DNA of 64,000 bases from Alphaproteobacteria bacterium (GCA_964291215.2 OZ219791.1:2112001-2176000); one strand, 5' to 3'; shown: positions 50,896 through 63,482, counted from the first letter of the stretch. Numbers and translations: made by a program. Notes: a model not told the origin generated them from the letters alone.

Positions 50896-51771
50896 TTGAA
50901 ATATCCTCCACCACCCCATCCGGCACCGCGTCGGCCGCAGTTCGTGCCACCGCCGGGCGCTTGCGACGCCCATGTCCATGTTTTTGGCCCTTCGGACCGG
51001 TTTCCCTATCATCCGGCAGCGACCTATCGTCCCGTCGACGCATCGAAGGAACGCTTGCGCCGCCTGCACGGCCTTCTCGGGTTCGACCGGTCGGTAATCG
51101 TCCAGGCGACCTGTCACGGAATCGACAACTCGGCGACCCTGGACGCGATCTCGTCATCGAACGGACGCTGGAAAGGGGTTGCGATCGTCGATGAAACCTT
51201 TGCCGACGAGGATCTCGGGCGGTTGCATGCGGGCGGGATCCGGGGAGCGCGCTTCAGCTTCGCGCGCCATCTCTCGGGAGCGCCGGATTTCGGGCGGGTG
51301 CGGCGCATTGCCGAACGGATAGCGACTTTCGGATGGCACCTCGTCATCTATATCGAGGAGCAGGATATCGTCGAGTTCGCCCCGGAACTCCGCACCTTCG
51401 GGCTGCCCGTCGTCTTCGACCACATGATCCGGGTCAAGGTCGCCGGTGGGACCGGAGCGCCGCCGTTCCAGCTGCTCCTGGATTTCCTCCGCAACGAGGA
51501 TGTATGGGTGAAGATTTCCTGCGCCGAGCGCCTGTCCGCCAAGGGAGTGCCCTATGACGATGTCGTGCCCTTTGCGCAGGCCGTGATCGAGGCCAACCCG
51601 GACCGCGTGCTGTGGGGGACGGACTGGCCGCATCCCAACCTGTGGGAAGGTATGCCTGATGACGGGGACCTCGTCGACATGGTGCCCCGCTACGCGCCCG
51701 ATCTCGCGTTGCAGCAGAAGATCCTGGTCGACAACCCTGCGGCGCTCTACGGATTCGGCGCAAGCGGATAA
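50896..51771 (+). CDS. Amidohydrolase, 2-pyrone-4,6-dicarboxylate lactonase (LigI)-like; start uncertain
   Basis: ACDAHVHVFGP, VQATCHG.DN, VFDHM, LWGTDWPHP. Confidence 0.88.
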   Translation: MKYPPPPHPAPRRPQFVPPPGACDAHVHVFGPSDRFPYHPAATYRPVDASKERLRRLHGLLGFDRSVIVQATCHGIDNSATLDAISSSNGRWKGVAIVDETFADEDLGRLHAGGIRGARFSFARHLSGAPDFGRVRRIAERIATFGWHLVIYIEEQDIVEFAPELRTFGLPVVFDHMIRVKVAGGTGAPPFQLLLDFLRNEDVWVKISCAERLSAKGVPYDDVVPFAQAVIEANPDRVLWGTDWPHPNLWEGMPDDGDLVDMVPRYAPDLALQQKILVDNPAALYGFGASG

Positions 51772-51792
51772 GCGGCCCGCGCCAGCGGCTCC

Positions 51793-52710
51793 TCAGTGAG
51801 CCGGGCCGCTCGATATCCATGACTGGTCGATGAAGCTCATGAAGCGCCACCGCCAGGTGTCGCCGTCGCTAAGGACATGTCCGGCCGTCTGGTCGGGGAA
51901 ATGCGCCGGAACGACGACGGTATCGCTGTCCGCCACTTCGGCGAGTATGCGCCTCCGGCTCTGCGCCGCCTCTCCGGGGTCGGAGCAGAAGCAGGTGCTC
52001 CAGTCGGGTTCGCGGCACTGCAGCGGATGGTGCATCATGTCGCCGGTGAAGATCGCGTGGCCGTCCCCCGACCGGAAGTTGACGCAAACCTGTCCCGGCG
52101 AGTGGCCAAAGGCCGGGGTGAGCCAGATCCCGTCCTCGAGCTCGAAATCGCTGTCGACGAGTTGCGCCCGGCCGGCCTCGACGATGGGGCGACAGCTGTC
52201 TTCCCATATTGCTGCCTGCCGGTCCTTGGGCCTGCCAAGTGCGGCCTCTGCCTCCCAGGCCTCGTATTCGCGCTTTCCGAATATGTAGGTGGCGTTCGGG
52301 AAGGTCGGCACCCAGCGTCCATTCACGAGCCGCGTGTTCCAGCCGCAGTGATCGACATGCAGATGGGTGCAAAAGACGTAGTCTATGTCCTCGAACCGGA
52401 GGCCGTGGGCCGAGAATCCATCGAGCCAGGACTGTTTCGGGTAGGCGAGGCCGGAGCCCCGCATCGGCTTGTCTTCGCCGACGCAGGTGTCGATCAGGAT
52501 CGTGTGGCGCTCCGTCCGCACCACGAAGGTCTGATAGTTTATGATCAGGAGATTGCGTCCGGCGTCGTAGACCCAGGACGGCATCTCGCCAAGATGGGCA
52601 AGCGCGGTTTCCTTGTCCGATGTCGGAAACATGGCCTCGGGCTGGCGCCACGGGCCTTCGCGTTCAACGAAACTCGATATCAGGATATTGCCGATCTTGA
52701 ATGGCCGCAT
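51793..52710 (-). CDS. MBL-fold metallo-hydrolase
   Basis: THLHVDHCGWN, GHSPG, FTGDMMH, PAHF. Confidence 0.93.
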   Translation of the reverse strand: MRPFKIGNILISSFVEREGPWRQPEAMFPTSDKETALAHLGEMPSWVYDAGRNLLIINYQTFVVRTERHTILIDTCVGEDKPMRGSGLAYPKQSWLDGFSAHGLRFEDIDYVFCTHLHVDHCGWNTRLVNGRWVPTFPNATYIFGKREYEAWEAEAALGRPKDRQAAIWEDSCRPIVEAGRAQLVDSDFELEDGIWLTPAFGHSPGQVCVNFRSGDGHAIFTGDMMHHPLQCREPDWSTCFCSDPGEAAQSRRRILAEVADSDTVVVPAHFPDQTAGHVLSDGDTWRWRFMSFIDQSWISSGPAH

Positions 52711-53137
52711 GATTCCGTCCGTTCATGGTTTGTGGTGGCAGCCGGAAAACGCATCGCCTATCGCCGCCTGACGGTGCTGTTTCAGTCTGGAATGGCACCT
52801 GCGCAAGGATACAATCGTTGCCGCAGGGCGGCAAAGCCCTGTGCGGCCGGAAGGATGTTCCACTTCGGTCGCGGATACCACCCCGCCTTCGGATAGTCCA
52901 GATTTTGGTGGAATCGAGTCCCGCCAAGCGCGAATGCCGACAACTGGTAGGGAACGGCCGCGATAGCAGCTTCTATCGGCAGGATCGCTTACACCTGCGC
53001 AGGACGTGAATCGCTTTGGAACCGTGCGGAGGCGAAGTACAATCATTGTTGCAGGTTGGCGGGACAGTGTGTGGCCCGAACCGATTGCGGGTCGGCTCCT
53101 CCCGATGCTGGAGCAACCGTCGACAGGAGACTAGGCC

Positions 53138-54358
53138 ATGGATATCAGCGTTGAGCAGCTTCGCGAAATACCGATCAAGGAGATCACCACTGCAACCGAC
53201 ACCCGAGACATTCTTGCTCATTGCCGTGCACAGGGCGAATCGCTCAGCTTCGAGGACATTGTCATCATCGACACCGATGCCCACCACATGGAAATCGAAT
53301 CGTGGGCCGACATCTGCGCCTATATTGAGGACGAGGTGGTACGGGCCCAGGCTCTCGACCATCTCCGGAACCGCACCGGATCGCCGCCTTACGGGCTGAA
53401 CGGCGACCACGCGTTGCGCTACCAGGATTGCGGAGGCCGCATACCCCATCAGGCCAAGCTCGGCGAAACGGTTGGAAACTCTCCGGTCCACCGCGACGTT
53501 ACCCTCGTCCGTCGCGCCATCGACTCATTCCATCTCGACTACATGGTGGTCTTTCCGACACCCATGCTTAATCTCGGGATGCATCCCCAGTACGATATGG
53601 AGGCTATTCTGGGCCGCGCCTATGACAGGTGGTTCTGCGAGAATATCCTACCCGTGGATCAGCGGATGAAGACGCTGCTGTACCTTCCATTCGGTGATTC
53701 GCAGGCGTCCCTGAGGACGGTAGAGGATCTCGGGGACCACCCGGATGTCGTTGGCTTCATGGTCACGTCGGTCCGTCACAAGCCAGTGCAGCACAACGAC
53801 TACATGAAGCTCTACCGGGCGATTGAGCAGACCGGCAAGCCGCTTGCCTTCCATGCCGGCTACAACTGGCAGGATCCGTCGATGCTCCAGATCAACCGGT
53901 TCGGCACCATGCACGCGCTGTCCTTCGTCTGGTGCAACGTCGTCCACATGAGCAACTGGGTCATGAACGGGCTTCCCGAACGTTTTCCGGGTCTTGACGT
54001 GATCTGGATCGAGTCGGGGTTGGCTTGGGTGCCGTGGCTCATGCAGCGCCTCGATCACACCTACCTTATGCGGTCTTCCGAGGCCCCGCTCCTGAAGCGG
54101 TTGCCGAGCGAGTATATGCGCGAGATGTATTTCACATGCCAGCCGATGGAGACCGATCATCCCGAGGCGCTGAAGGTGACCCTCGACATGATCAATGCGA
54201 AGGACCAGCTGCTCTATTCCTCGGACTGGCCGCACTGGGACTTCGACACGCCAAGCGTCATCTGGAATCTGCCAATGCTCGATGAGCAGGCGAAGAAGAA
54301 CATCCTGGGCGAGAATGCGCTCAAGCTGTTCGGCCTCGACCGGCCGCCTGGCAAGTAG
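53138..54358 (+). CDS. Amidohydrolase_2 family protein
   Basis: DTDAH, LAFHAG, ESGLAW, YSSDWPHWDFD. Confidence 0.92.
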   Translation: MDISVEQLREIPIKEITTATDTRDILAHCRAQGESLSFEDIVIIDTDAHHMEIESWADICAYIEDEVVRAQALDHLRNRTGSPPYGLNGDHALRYQDCGGRIPHQAKLGETVGNSPVHRDVTLVRRAIDSFHLDYMVVFPTPMLNLGMHPQYDMEAILGRAYDRWFCENILPVDQRMKTLLYLPFGDSQASLRTVEDLGDHPDVVGFMVTSVRHKPVQHNDYMKLYRAIEQTGKPLAFHAGYNWQDPSMLQINRFGTMHALSFVWCNVVHMSNWVMNGLPERFPGLDVIWIESGLAWVPWLMQRLDHTYLMRSSEAPLLKRLPSEYMREMYFTCQPMETDHPEALKVTLDMINAKDQLLYSSDWPHWDFDTPSVIWNLPMLDEQAKKNILGENALKLFGLDRPPGK

Positions 54359-54416
54359 GCTGCAGGCGCCTGCGACGAGCGCGAAACCGGGGCAGGTGCC
54401 GCCGGTGCACGGGCCT

Positions 54417-55574
54417 TCAGCCGTACAGGTTGAGGACGTGACGCTGCAGGGCGTGCTTGAGGATTTCCTCGGGTCCTTCGGTGATCATGAAGGACCGGGC
54501 ATCGCGCCACAGTTTCTCGATCGGGAGGTCGGTCGTGAGTCCAAGCCCCCCGTGAATCTGCATGCAACGGTCGGTCGCCTCGAACGCCTTGCGGTCGCCG
54601 ATATATTTGCACATGTATGAATCCCAGCGGATATCCTCGCCAGCATCATGCTTGGCTGCCGCGTTGTAGATCATCAGGCGGACCATGTGCATGTCGGCGT
54701 AGGTGTCTACCAGCATCCACTGGACAGCCTGTCGTTCTGCCAGCGGCTTTCCGAATGTCACCCGGTCACGGGCATAGGATGCGCCGAGTTCCAGGCATCG
54801 TTCCATGGTACCGACGCTGATTGCGCCGTGGCGGATGCGGCCCATAGTGATCCACGTCTGGGCCATGCGGAAGCCGTCGCCTTCCTTGCCGACGAGGTTC
54901 TCGACCGGGACGCGGATGTCGTCGAACGCCATCTCGCAGGGCTGATCGTCCATCATCGTCATCTGCTTGCGGAGAATCCTGATGCCCGGCGTGTCGGCGT
55001 CGACAAGGATGCAGGAAATGCCGCCGCGGGTGCCCTTTTCGGGATCGGTGACACAGATAACCTGGAAGAAATCCGCCTCGTCGGCGCCGGTGATGAAGCG
55101 CTTGGTGCCGTTGATCACATATTCATCGCCGTCCCGGACAGCCGTCGTCTTCATTCCTGACGGATCGCCGCCCGCGTCGGGTTCGGTCTGGGCGAAACCC
55201 GGCTTCTTTTCACCGTTGATGCAGGGCTTGAGGTAGCGCTCGATCTGGTTCTCGTTGGCGAACTCCGCCAGCAACGGACTGACGTCCGGTCCGAAGATCC
55301 ATTTCTTGCGACGGGGAAACGCGATGGTGCGTCCGGTTTCCTCCCAGATGATCGTGCGCGCCAACAGGCCCATGCCAAGCCCGCCGAGCGCCTCGGGCAC
55401 ATCGACGCCCCAGATTCCCAACTCCTGCGCTTTCGCTTCCAGCTTCTGGCGAATCTCGGGCACCATTTCGGGACCGTCATAGGCCTCGCGCTCGATGGGG
55501 ATGACTTCCGAGTCGATGAAACGCCGGAGCGTCTCCTTGAACATGCGCATTTCTTCCGGAAGTTCGAAGTCCAT
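54417..55574 (-). CDS. Acyl-CoA dehydrogenase
   Basis: FAQTEPDAGGD, INGTKRFIT, RVTFGKPL, MQIHGGLG, ITEGPEEI. Confidence 0.95.
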   Translation of the reverse strand: MDFELPEEMRMFKETLRRFIDSEVIPIEREAYDGPEMVPEIRQKLEAKAQELGIWGVDVPEALGGLGMGLLARTIIWEETGRTIAFPRRKKWIFGPDVSPLLAEFANENQIERYLKPCINGEKKPGFAQTEPDAGGDPSGMKTTAVRDGDEYVINGTKRFITGADEADFFQVICVTDPEKGTRGGISCILVDADTPGIRILRKQMTMMDDQPCEMAFDDIRVPVENLVGKEGDGFRMAQTWITMGRIRHGAISVGTMERCLELGASYARDRVTFGKPLAERQAVQWMLVDTYADMHMVRLMIYNAAAKHDAGEDIRWDSYMCKYIGDRKAFEATDRCMQIHGGLGLTTDLPIEKLWRDARSFMITEGPEEILKHALQRHVLNLYG

Positions 55575-55759
55575 CTGTCCCTGTCTCCGCGAGTTTTGTC
55601 CGATGTGCTCACGATACAGCAATGGTCGCGCTGGCGCAGCACGTGGTCCGCGGCGCTGTGCCGCGGCCTTTGCGGAAAAGGATGGCGGAATGGCTTTCCG
55701 GTTTCGCTGCTTATGCGCGGAGCTGTCTTCCGCTTGGTTCCGCGACTCCTGCGCTTCGG

Positions 55760-56209
55760 TCAGTCAGGTCGTGCCGCGTCATCAAGAAGCGGGTTGACGT
55801 GCCTAACTCCTGGAAAGCGCCCGAAGTCGTGATCGGCAGAAAAGACTGTCGCACCGTTTTCGATCGCCATGGCAGCGATGTGCGCATCGGACGTGAGGTT
55901 TCCGGCCGTACCCGTCATGCTTAGGAGGTTGTGTAGAATTGGCCAGTGCTGGTCTCCTGGTGAAACGGGACGGACGTAGGGCTGATCCAGCCAGTCTTCG
56001 ACAAATCCGGCCGCGTGGTCGCTCGATAGGGGCCGGGGGAATATGGCTGAATGGGTTGTGATCCGGAGAAAGGCCAACAGGGAAATCCATGGTAGCCCGA
56101 TGGACGAAGCGCCGGACAGGGTTTGTTGGAGCCAGTGCCGGGCCCGATCATGATGCACAGCGTTGAGGTTGACGGCATAGATTAGCAGATTGGCATCTAC
56201 GAGGATCAT
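55760..56209 (-). CDS. vapC: VapC PIN toxin
   Basis: MILVDANLLIYA, FLRITT, SDAHIAAMAIE, SADHDF. Confidence 0.94.
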   Translation of the reverse strand: MILVDANLLIYAVNLNAVHHDRARHWLQQTLSGASSIGLPWISLLAFLRITTHSAIFPRPLSSDHAAGFVEDWLDQPYVRPVSPGDQHWPILHNLLSMTGTAGNLTSDAHIAAMAIENGATVFSADHDFGRFPGVRHVNPLLDDAARPD

Positions 56210-56475
56210 TTTCTGAGAAGCAGCTTGCGGGTGAGCTCGCCATCTTCCAGCCGATCTGCGAGCGCCAGCGTCTTGTCGAGATCCTGACCACCGATCGGTT
56301 GGCCCATTGAAACAGGCTTCAGCCGGTAGGGTCTGGACATGTCGGCAATGCGCCCGGTCTCTATTCCGGCCCGCAGGGCGTCATTCACAACCGCCTTGAA
56401 GGACCTGCCCGACAGATGGGCGATGTCCCGGAGCTTCTTGGAAATGTCGTCATCGAGCGTCAACGTGGTTCGCAT
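56206..56475 (-). CDS. vapB: VapB antitoxin (RHH/CopG-like)
   Basis: MRTTLTLDDD..SFKAVVNDALRAG; overlaps vapC by 4 nt. Confidence 0.9.
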   Translation of the reverse strand: MRTTLTLDDDISKKLRDIAHLSGRSFKAVVNDALRAGIETGRIADMSRPYRLKPVSMGQPIGGQDLDKTLALADRLEDGELTRKLLLRK

Positions 56476-57562
56476 CGTATGCTTCCTCTTCCGCCTAGAA
56501 ATAAACATCATATCATCACATTATATAACATCAAGTCATCATCCAGGTTTGTGGATTGATCGGCGTGTCTCCAAGCCTTTGTCATGATCGTCACCGTTGT
56601 CTGCAAACATGCTGCTCATACTTTCGACAGAATCGGCCGCGCTTGCTGCAACAACGTAACCTGCATCGTCGATATCCCTGTCTGCCCTGTTGATAGTCAT
56701 CAAGTCATCATCCCCCCTCCGGACCGGGGTCGATTTCCATTCGGACTTGCGAAACAAGCTCAGATTGACCTCCAGAGTGCAGCACGTTCGTTTTCTCTCC
56801 GCAGGGACAGTGTGGATGCGATGGCGGGTGCCGGTGGGAACCGCGCCCGGCATGCGTATTATCGGAGACCTGCGCATCGGGGCGGTTGCTGCTGCCGTGT
56901 GCGCAGTTCCGTCTGACAACGGAAGCGGAAAGGCCACGCGATCAAGCAATGCGTCCGATGAACGGTCGAAACGGGCGTCTGCATGCGGGCAGGGTTCGGC
57001 AACGCCGAGTGGCCACGCAAGGCAATGTTGCATGCTCTCGGCTTGGACCCGCTTCCGGAACCGCAGCGGCACCGACGAGGAGAGCTGTGCCGGAGTTACG
57101 ACTTGCGGGCGCACGGCGATCCCATGCTGATAATCCAGCGGCGACTGGCGAGATTTTTGGGTCTGCGTCGCGCTGCAATCGTGCCGCCAAGATTACCCAA
57201 CCGCGTCAGAGTGGCCGTTCTTGAAGTTGGTGGCACCGTCTCAAGGTCGGAACCGGCATATCGACAACGAAATCCGCTCCCGAATGGACCTCCAGATCTG
57301 CCTACAACGCCCCCTGGTCGGACGAAACCGGACAAAAGAAGAGCCCTGCACGAAGGGGCATTTTTGCTCCAAAGGACCGGGAAGACTGCTATACTGGCAG
57401 TGTGCGCTCATTCGGGCGCGCCAATGATCTGTAAACGTGGTTGGCAACGGACCATGCCGGCTTACAGCCCCCAAGAATAAGGTCCTGCCAAGGTTGTCGG
57501 CTCGGTTGACGTGATGTGGCGGGCGGATCGGAGCAAGCACGCGATAACGGGAGACGCCAAGC

Positions 57563-58534
57563 ATGGGCATGCTGATTGACGGCAAGTGGATCGACGACGA
57601 CGCGAAGTACCGAACCGGGGAGGGCGGCGCGTTCGTGCGCGCCGAGTCGGTCTTTCGGAATTTTGTTACGGCCGACGGCTCGTCGGGCTATGGTGCCGAG
57701 CCCGGACGGTATCACTTGTTTCTGGCGCCGTCCTGTCCATGGGCGCACCGCACGCAGATCGTCCGCCGCCTCAAAGGGCTCGAGGACGTCATTTCGGTGA
57801 CGCTGTCGGACCGCCCCCGCAAGCGAAGCTGGGCCTATTCCCGGGGAATCGACGAACTCCAGCCAGGAGAAAACGGCGTGCTCGAACTGCATGACGTCTA
57901 TATCGCCGCCGATCCGGCCTGTACCGGGCGGGTGACGGTGCCGACTCTCTGGGACCGTCACAAGAAAACGATCGTCAACAACGAATCCTCCGAGATCGTC
58001 CGGATGCTCAATTCGGAATTCAACGAATGGGGGGATGCTTCGCTGGACCTCTATCCGAAGGCTCATCGCGCGGAGATCGACATGCTGAACGATCGGATCT
58101 ACACGACCGTCAACAACGGCGTTTATCGCTCCGGTTTTGCGAGAACGCAGGACGCCTACGAAAACGCCGTGTGCCCTATGTTCGAAACGCTGGATTTTCT
58201 CGAGGAGCGGCTCGCGGACAGGCGCTATCTCGTTGCCGATCGTGCCACGGAAGCGGACTGGCGCCTTTTCGTGACCCTGATTCGTTTTGATTTCGTGTAT
58301 TTCAGCCACTTCAAGTGCAACATCAGGCGAATTCAGGATTATCCCAATCTCTGGAACTACACCCTGGATCTGTACCAGACTCCCGGAGTTGCCGAGATCG
58401 TCGACATCGACGGAATAAAGAAGGGCTATTACGGTGATCAGGCCAATGTAAATCCGTCTGGAATCGTGCCTGTTGGGCCGACGATAGACCTTGTGCAGCC
58501 ACACGATCGCGAACGCTTCAGGGCTGCGGCCTGA
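57563..58534 (+). CDS. Glutathionyl-hydroquinone reductase (YqjG-like GST)
   Basis: CPWAHR, RVTVPTLWD, IVNNESSEI, NNGVYRSGFA, NPSGIVPVGP. Confidence 0.95.
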   Translation: MGMLIDGKWIDDDAKYRTGEGGAFVRAESVFRNFVTADGSSGYGAEPGRYHLFLAPSCPWAHRTQIVRRLKGLEDVISVTLSDRPRKRSWAYSRGIDELQPGENGVLELHDVYIAADPACTGRVTVPTLWDRHKKTIVNNESSEIVRMLNSEFNEWGDASLDLYPKAHRAEIDMLNDRIYTTVNNGVYRSGFARTQDAYENAVCPMFETLDFLEERLADRRYLVADRATEADWRLFVTLIRFDFVYFSHFKCNIRRIQDYPNLWNYTLDLYQTPGVAEIVDIDGIKKGYYGDQANVNPSGIVPVGPTIDLVQPHDRERFRAAA

Positions 58535-58575
58535 CCGCGTCGGGATCCGGGCAAGCCGCGATCCCGCCCGGACGG

Positions 58576-59661
58576 TTACGGGCCCGGTCCTGGCCTGTCG
58601 AGGGCCACGGCCTTGACCATTGCGTAGACGGTGCGTCCGCGCTCAAGTCCGAGTTCGCGGACGGATTTCGCGGTGACGCGGGACCATAGCCGCGTCTTGC
58701 CGAGTTCGACCAGAACATCTGCCTGCGCTCCGTCCGTAGCTGCGATTTCGGCGATCCGGCCCTCGAAGACATTGAGAACGCTCACCTTCACGGGCTGCTC
58801 GAGAGCGAGACTGACGTCACGGGCCCGCACCCGGATCCTTGCCTGGGTACCGACCGCCATCCCGGTCGCGGGAATGCGGAACTGTCCGCCGGGAAAGGCC
58901 AGCGTAGCAAGGTTGTTCATATCGTCCTGGTCCGTGACCGTGGTGGCAATCACCGTTCCGGCATCGCCCTGTCCGACCACGCGAGCAAGTTCCGGCCGGT
59001 TCATCACCTTCTCGACCGTTCCCGAAGCCGTTACGTGGCCGTGTTCCAGCAGGACCATTGCTGTAGCGAGCTCCAGGATTTCCTCGACCGAATGGCTTAC
59101 ATAGATCGTCGGAATCTCGAATTGGCGATGAACGCGGTCGATGAACGGAATGATCTCCCGTTTGCGTTCGGCATCGAGAGACGCCAGCGGTTCGTCCATC
59201 AGCAGAAGGCGTGGCGACGTTAGGAGCGCCCGCCCGATCGCCACCCGCTGGCGCTCCCCGCCCGAAAGATCATGCGTTCTCCGTCCGAGGAGATGCCCGA
59301 TCCCGAGCACCTCCGTAACGGCATCCTCCGTTACGTTCGCCCGCCTTTCGCCCTGGCGGCGTCTTCCATAGTTCAGGTTGCGACGCACCGTCATGTGAGG
59401 AAACAGGCGGGCATCCTGAAAGATGTAACCGATGCGGCGCTGCTCGGGAGGTGTGGTGGTCCTGTCGGCGGTGTCGAAGAGGACCTTGCCGTCCAGCACG
59501 ATCCGACCCCTGTCCGGCGTGATCAGTCCCGCCAGCATCTGCACGATGCTGGTCTTGCCGGCGCCGGATTTTCCGAACAGCGCCGTGATGCCGGCGCCGG
59601 CTTCGAACCACGCTTCGACGGTGAAACTCCCAAGCGCCTTCCGGATGTCGATTTCAAGCAT
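58576..59661 (-). CDS. modC: Molybdate ABC transporter ATP-binding protein
   Basis: GKSGAGKT, FQDARLFPH, LSGGERQR, C-terminal TOBE; mod operon. Confidence 0.96.
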   Translation of the reverse strand: MLEIDIRKALGSFTVEAWFEAGAGITALFGKSGAGKTSIVQMLAGLITPDRGRIVLDGKVLFDTADRTTTPPEQRRIGYIFQDARLFPHMTVRRNLNYGRRRQGERRANVTEDAVTEVLGIGHLLGRRTHDLSGGERQRVAIGRALLTSPRLLLMDEPLASLDAERKREIIPFIDRVHRQFEIPTIYVSHSVEEILELATAMVLLEHGHVTASGTVEKVMNRPELARVVGQGDAGTVIATTVTDQDDMNNLATLAFPGGQFRIPATGMAVGTQARIRVRARDVSLALEQPVKVSVLNVFEGRIAEIAATDGAQADVLVELGKTRLWSRVTAKSVRELGLERGRTVYAMVKAVALDRPGPGP

Positions 59662-60355
59662 GGCTGCCTGCAATGCGCCGCCTGACGCGCCGTGCGACGA
59701 TCTCCGACACCAGGAGTGCCATGCAGGCCACCAGCACCGAGATCACCACCAGCCGCATGGCGCCGAATTCCTCTCCGGGGATCTGGGTGAGCCCGTAGAG
59801 GGTGACGGGAAGCGTCGTGGTCTCGCCGGGAATCGCCGAGACGAAGGTGATTGTGGCGCCGAACTCGCCCAGCGACCGGGCGAAGGCGAGGAGTGCACCG
59901 ACCACGATTCCGCTTCCGGACAATGGCAACGAAATGCTGAAGAACACGTCGACAGGTCCGGCGCCGAGGGTTCTTGCCGCCTGTTCGAGACGGCGATCGA
60001 CAGACTCTATCGATAGCTGGATGGCGCGCACCATCAGCGGAAACGCCATGACCCCTGCTGCCACCGCCGCGCCGCGCCACGAGAATCCGAACGTCAGCCC
60101 GAACGTGTCATTGAGCCAGGCTCCGATCAGCCCCTTGCGACCGAGAACGATCAGCAGGATGTAGCCGACCACGACCGGCGGCACGACCAGCGGCAGGTGA
60201 AGTATGGCGTTAGCTAGCGTCTTGCCCGGAAAATTGCAGCGGGCCATGACCCAGGCCACGGCGATTCCGAACGGAAGGCTGATGCCTACCGCCCACAGCG
60301 CGACCCGAAGGCTGAGGAGGATCGCTTCGGTTTCTGCGGGCGACAGCGACAACAT
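59654..60355 (-). CDS. modB: Molybdate ABC transporter permease
   Basis: HLPLVVPPVVVGY, LEQAARTLGA, FARSLGEFGAT. Confidence 0.97.
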   Translation of the reverse strand: MLSLSPAETEAILLSLRVALWAVGISLPFGIAVAWVMARCNFPGKTLANAILHLPLVVPPVVVGYILLIVLGRKGLIGAWLNDTFGLTFGFSWRGAAVAAGVMAFPLMVRAIQLSIESVDRRLEQAARTLGAGPVDVFFSISLPLSGSGIVVGALLAFARSLGEFGATITFVSAIPGETTTLPVTLYGLTQIPGEEFGAMRLVVISVLVACMALLVSEIVARRVRRRIAGSHA

Positions 60356-60358
60356 GGC

Positions 60359-61114
60359 TCAGTCGACGAGAAATCCGTAGCGCCGGTAGATCCCTTTGGC
60401 CGAATCGGAGGCGAGGAATGCCATCACGTCAGCACCGGGGCCGTCGGCATCCGAGATCCTGACCGCCTGGTAGACGATAGGCTTGTGGCCGGCCGCGTCC
60501 AGCATGAAGAGAATCTTTGCCGATCTGCTCAGCTTCGCATCCGTGCGGTAGACGACAGCAAGTGCGGCCTCGCCGCGTTCGACCAGCGCCAGCGCAGCGC
60601 GGACGGTCTGGGTGCGGGCAATCTGCGGCGTCAGGGCATCCCAGATTCCAAGTGAGGCGAGCGCCTGTCGCGCATATTGCCCGGCTGGGGCGTGCCGTGG
60701 ATCGGCGATCGCCAGGCGCTCCGCATCGCCAAGGCGGGTAATCAGTCCGGCGCCGTTCTGTGGACCCGCGAAATCCGGCGAATCGCCGGGCGCTACGACG
60801 ACCAGCCGGTTGCGGAAGAGCGTCCGCCGTGTGTCGGCGGCTGCCAGCTTGCGTTCTGTCAGGTAGGAAACCCATTTGAGATTTGCCGAAATGAAGACAT
60901 CGGCTGGAGCGCCGTCCTCGATCTGGCGGGCAAGGCTGCCGCTCGATGCGAACACCGGCCGGAAGCGTTTGCCTGTCGAGCCGGCATAGGCTGCCGCGAG
61001 GTCGTTCACCACCTCGGCAGTACTTGCGGCGGCAAACACGACCGAGGCCGCTGCATGCGCGGGTGGCGCCATCCAGACTGTGGCGATGGCGATGGCAGCA
61101 ATGTTTCGAATCAT
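60359..61114 (-). CDS. modA: Molybdate ABC transporter substrate-binding protein
   Basis: VFAAAS, FASSGSLARQIEDGAPADVFISAN, PAGQYA, VYRTDA. Confidence 0.96.
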   Translation of the reverse strand: MIRNIAAIAIATVWMAPPAHAAASVVFAAASTAEVVNDLAAAYAGSTGKRFRPVFASSGSLARQIEDGAPADVFISANLKWVSYLTERKLAAADTRRTLFRNRLVVVAPGDSPDFAGPQNGAGLITRLGDAERLAIADPRHAPAGQYARQALASLGIWDALTPQIARTQTVRAALALVERGEAALAVVYRTDAKLSRSAKILFMLDAAGHKPIVYQAVRISDADGPGADVMAFLASDSAKGIYRRYGFLVD

Positions 61115-61180
61115 GAGCGGCGTTTCCCGTACCAGTATCTGATGCTTCCTCGAGGGCCCGGACGAAGGCCGCCCGCATGG

Positions 61181-62246
<1,066 letters not shown>

Positions 62247-62257
<11 letters not shown>

Positions 62258-63422
62258 CGTTCAGCCTTGCGAAGCCGTCGTTGAGGTCGGCAATGAGATC
62301 CTCCACATCCTCAAGCCCGGCATGTATCCGGATCAGTTGCCCGGGTCCGTGCCAGCTGGTTGCGGTCCGGTTCGGTGCCGGGTTGGTAGGGAGGATCAGG
62401 CTTTCGAAGCCGCCCCAGCTGGCCCCCATTGCAAAGAACTGCATGCCGTCGAGGAGGGCGGTGATCTGGCCGTCGCTGAAGCCTTCCTTGAGAACAAAGG
62501 AAAACAGTCCACTGGCTCCGGTGAAGTCACGCTTCCAGAGGTCGTGTCCGGGAAATTCCGGCAACGCGGGGTGGAGGACGCGGTCGACCTCCGGACGCGC
62601 CTGCAGCCATCGCGCGAGCACAATCCCGGTTTCCTGGTGGCGCTTGAGGCGAACCTTGATCGTCCGCAGGCCTCTGAGTGCCAGATAGATGTCGTCCGGC
62701 CCCGAATTGGCTCCGAGCACTGCTGCCGACGGGCGTACCCTGTCCCAGTGCTCCTCGTTGCTCGTAATCAGCCCCATCATGACATCCGAATGTCCGACGA
62801 TGTACTTGGTAGCTGCCATCGCGCACACATCGACGCCGTTTTCGAATGGCTTGAAATAGATGCCGGCGGACCATGTGTCATCCATGATCACGACACATCC
62901 GGCCTCGTGCGCAGCCGCCGAGATGGCCGGTATGTCTTGGATCTCGAAGGTCTGCGATCCCGGCGATTCCACGTATACGATCCGCGTGTTGTCGCGAATC
63001 AGGTCAGCGATGCCGGCGCCGGTCGCCGGGTCGTAATAGGTTGTCTCGACGCCGAAACGGCCGATGACATTGTCGCAGAAATTGCGCGCCGGGCCGTAGA
63101 CACTGTCGACCATCAGCACGTGGTCTCCCTGCTGGAGAAATGCGAGCATGGCGGCGTTGATGGCGGCAAGCCCGGAGGCAACTGCAACCGACCGGTATCC
63201 GCCGGAGACGGCGGCAAAAGCTTCCTCGAGCGCTTCATGGGTCGGCGTGCCGTGGCGCCCGTAGGTATAGATCCCGGGCTCCCAGCGGTGGTCGCGCCGA
63301 TAGCGCATCTCGGCCACCGAGCCCCATGCTATCGTCGAAGCCCGGTATACGGGCGGGTTGATGATGCCATGATTGGCAGCGGGATCACGCCCCTTGTGGA
63401 CGATTTTCGTGTCTTCTTTCAT
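62247..63422 (-). CDS. metC: Cystathionine beta-lyase
   Basis: NPPVYRAST, YGRHGTPT, ESPGSQTFE, AATKYIVGHSD, GASWGGFES. Confidence 0.95.
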
Positions 63423-63482
63423 GTCTCGGGTCGGTCCCTCGGGTCGCTCCGCGAAGTTTGATTCAGGATAGGCGCGCGGCCT

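Noticed and set aside
56539-57500. About 1 kb between vapB and the GST gene as a hidden gene or ncRNA
   Set aside because: No ORF with recognisable motifs and no RNA structure I can support; possibly decayed sequence.
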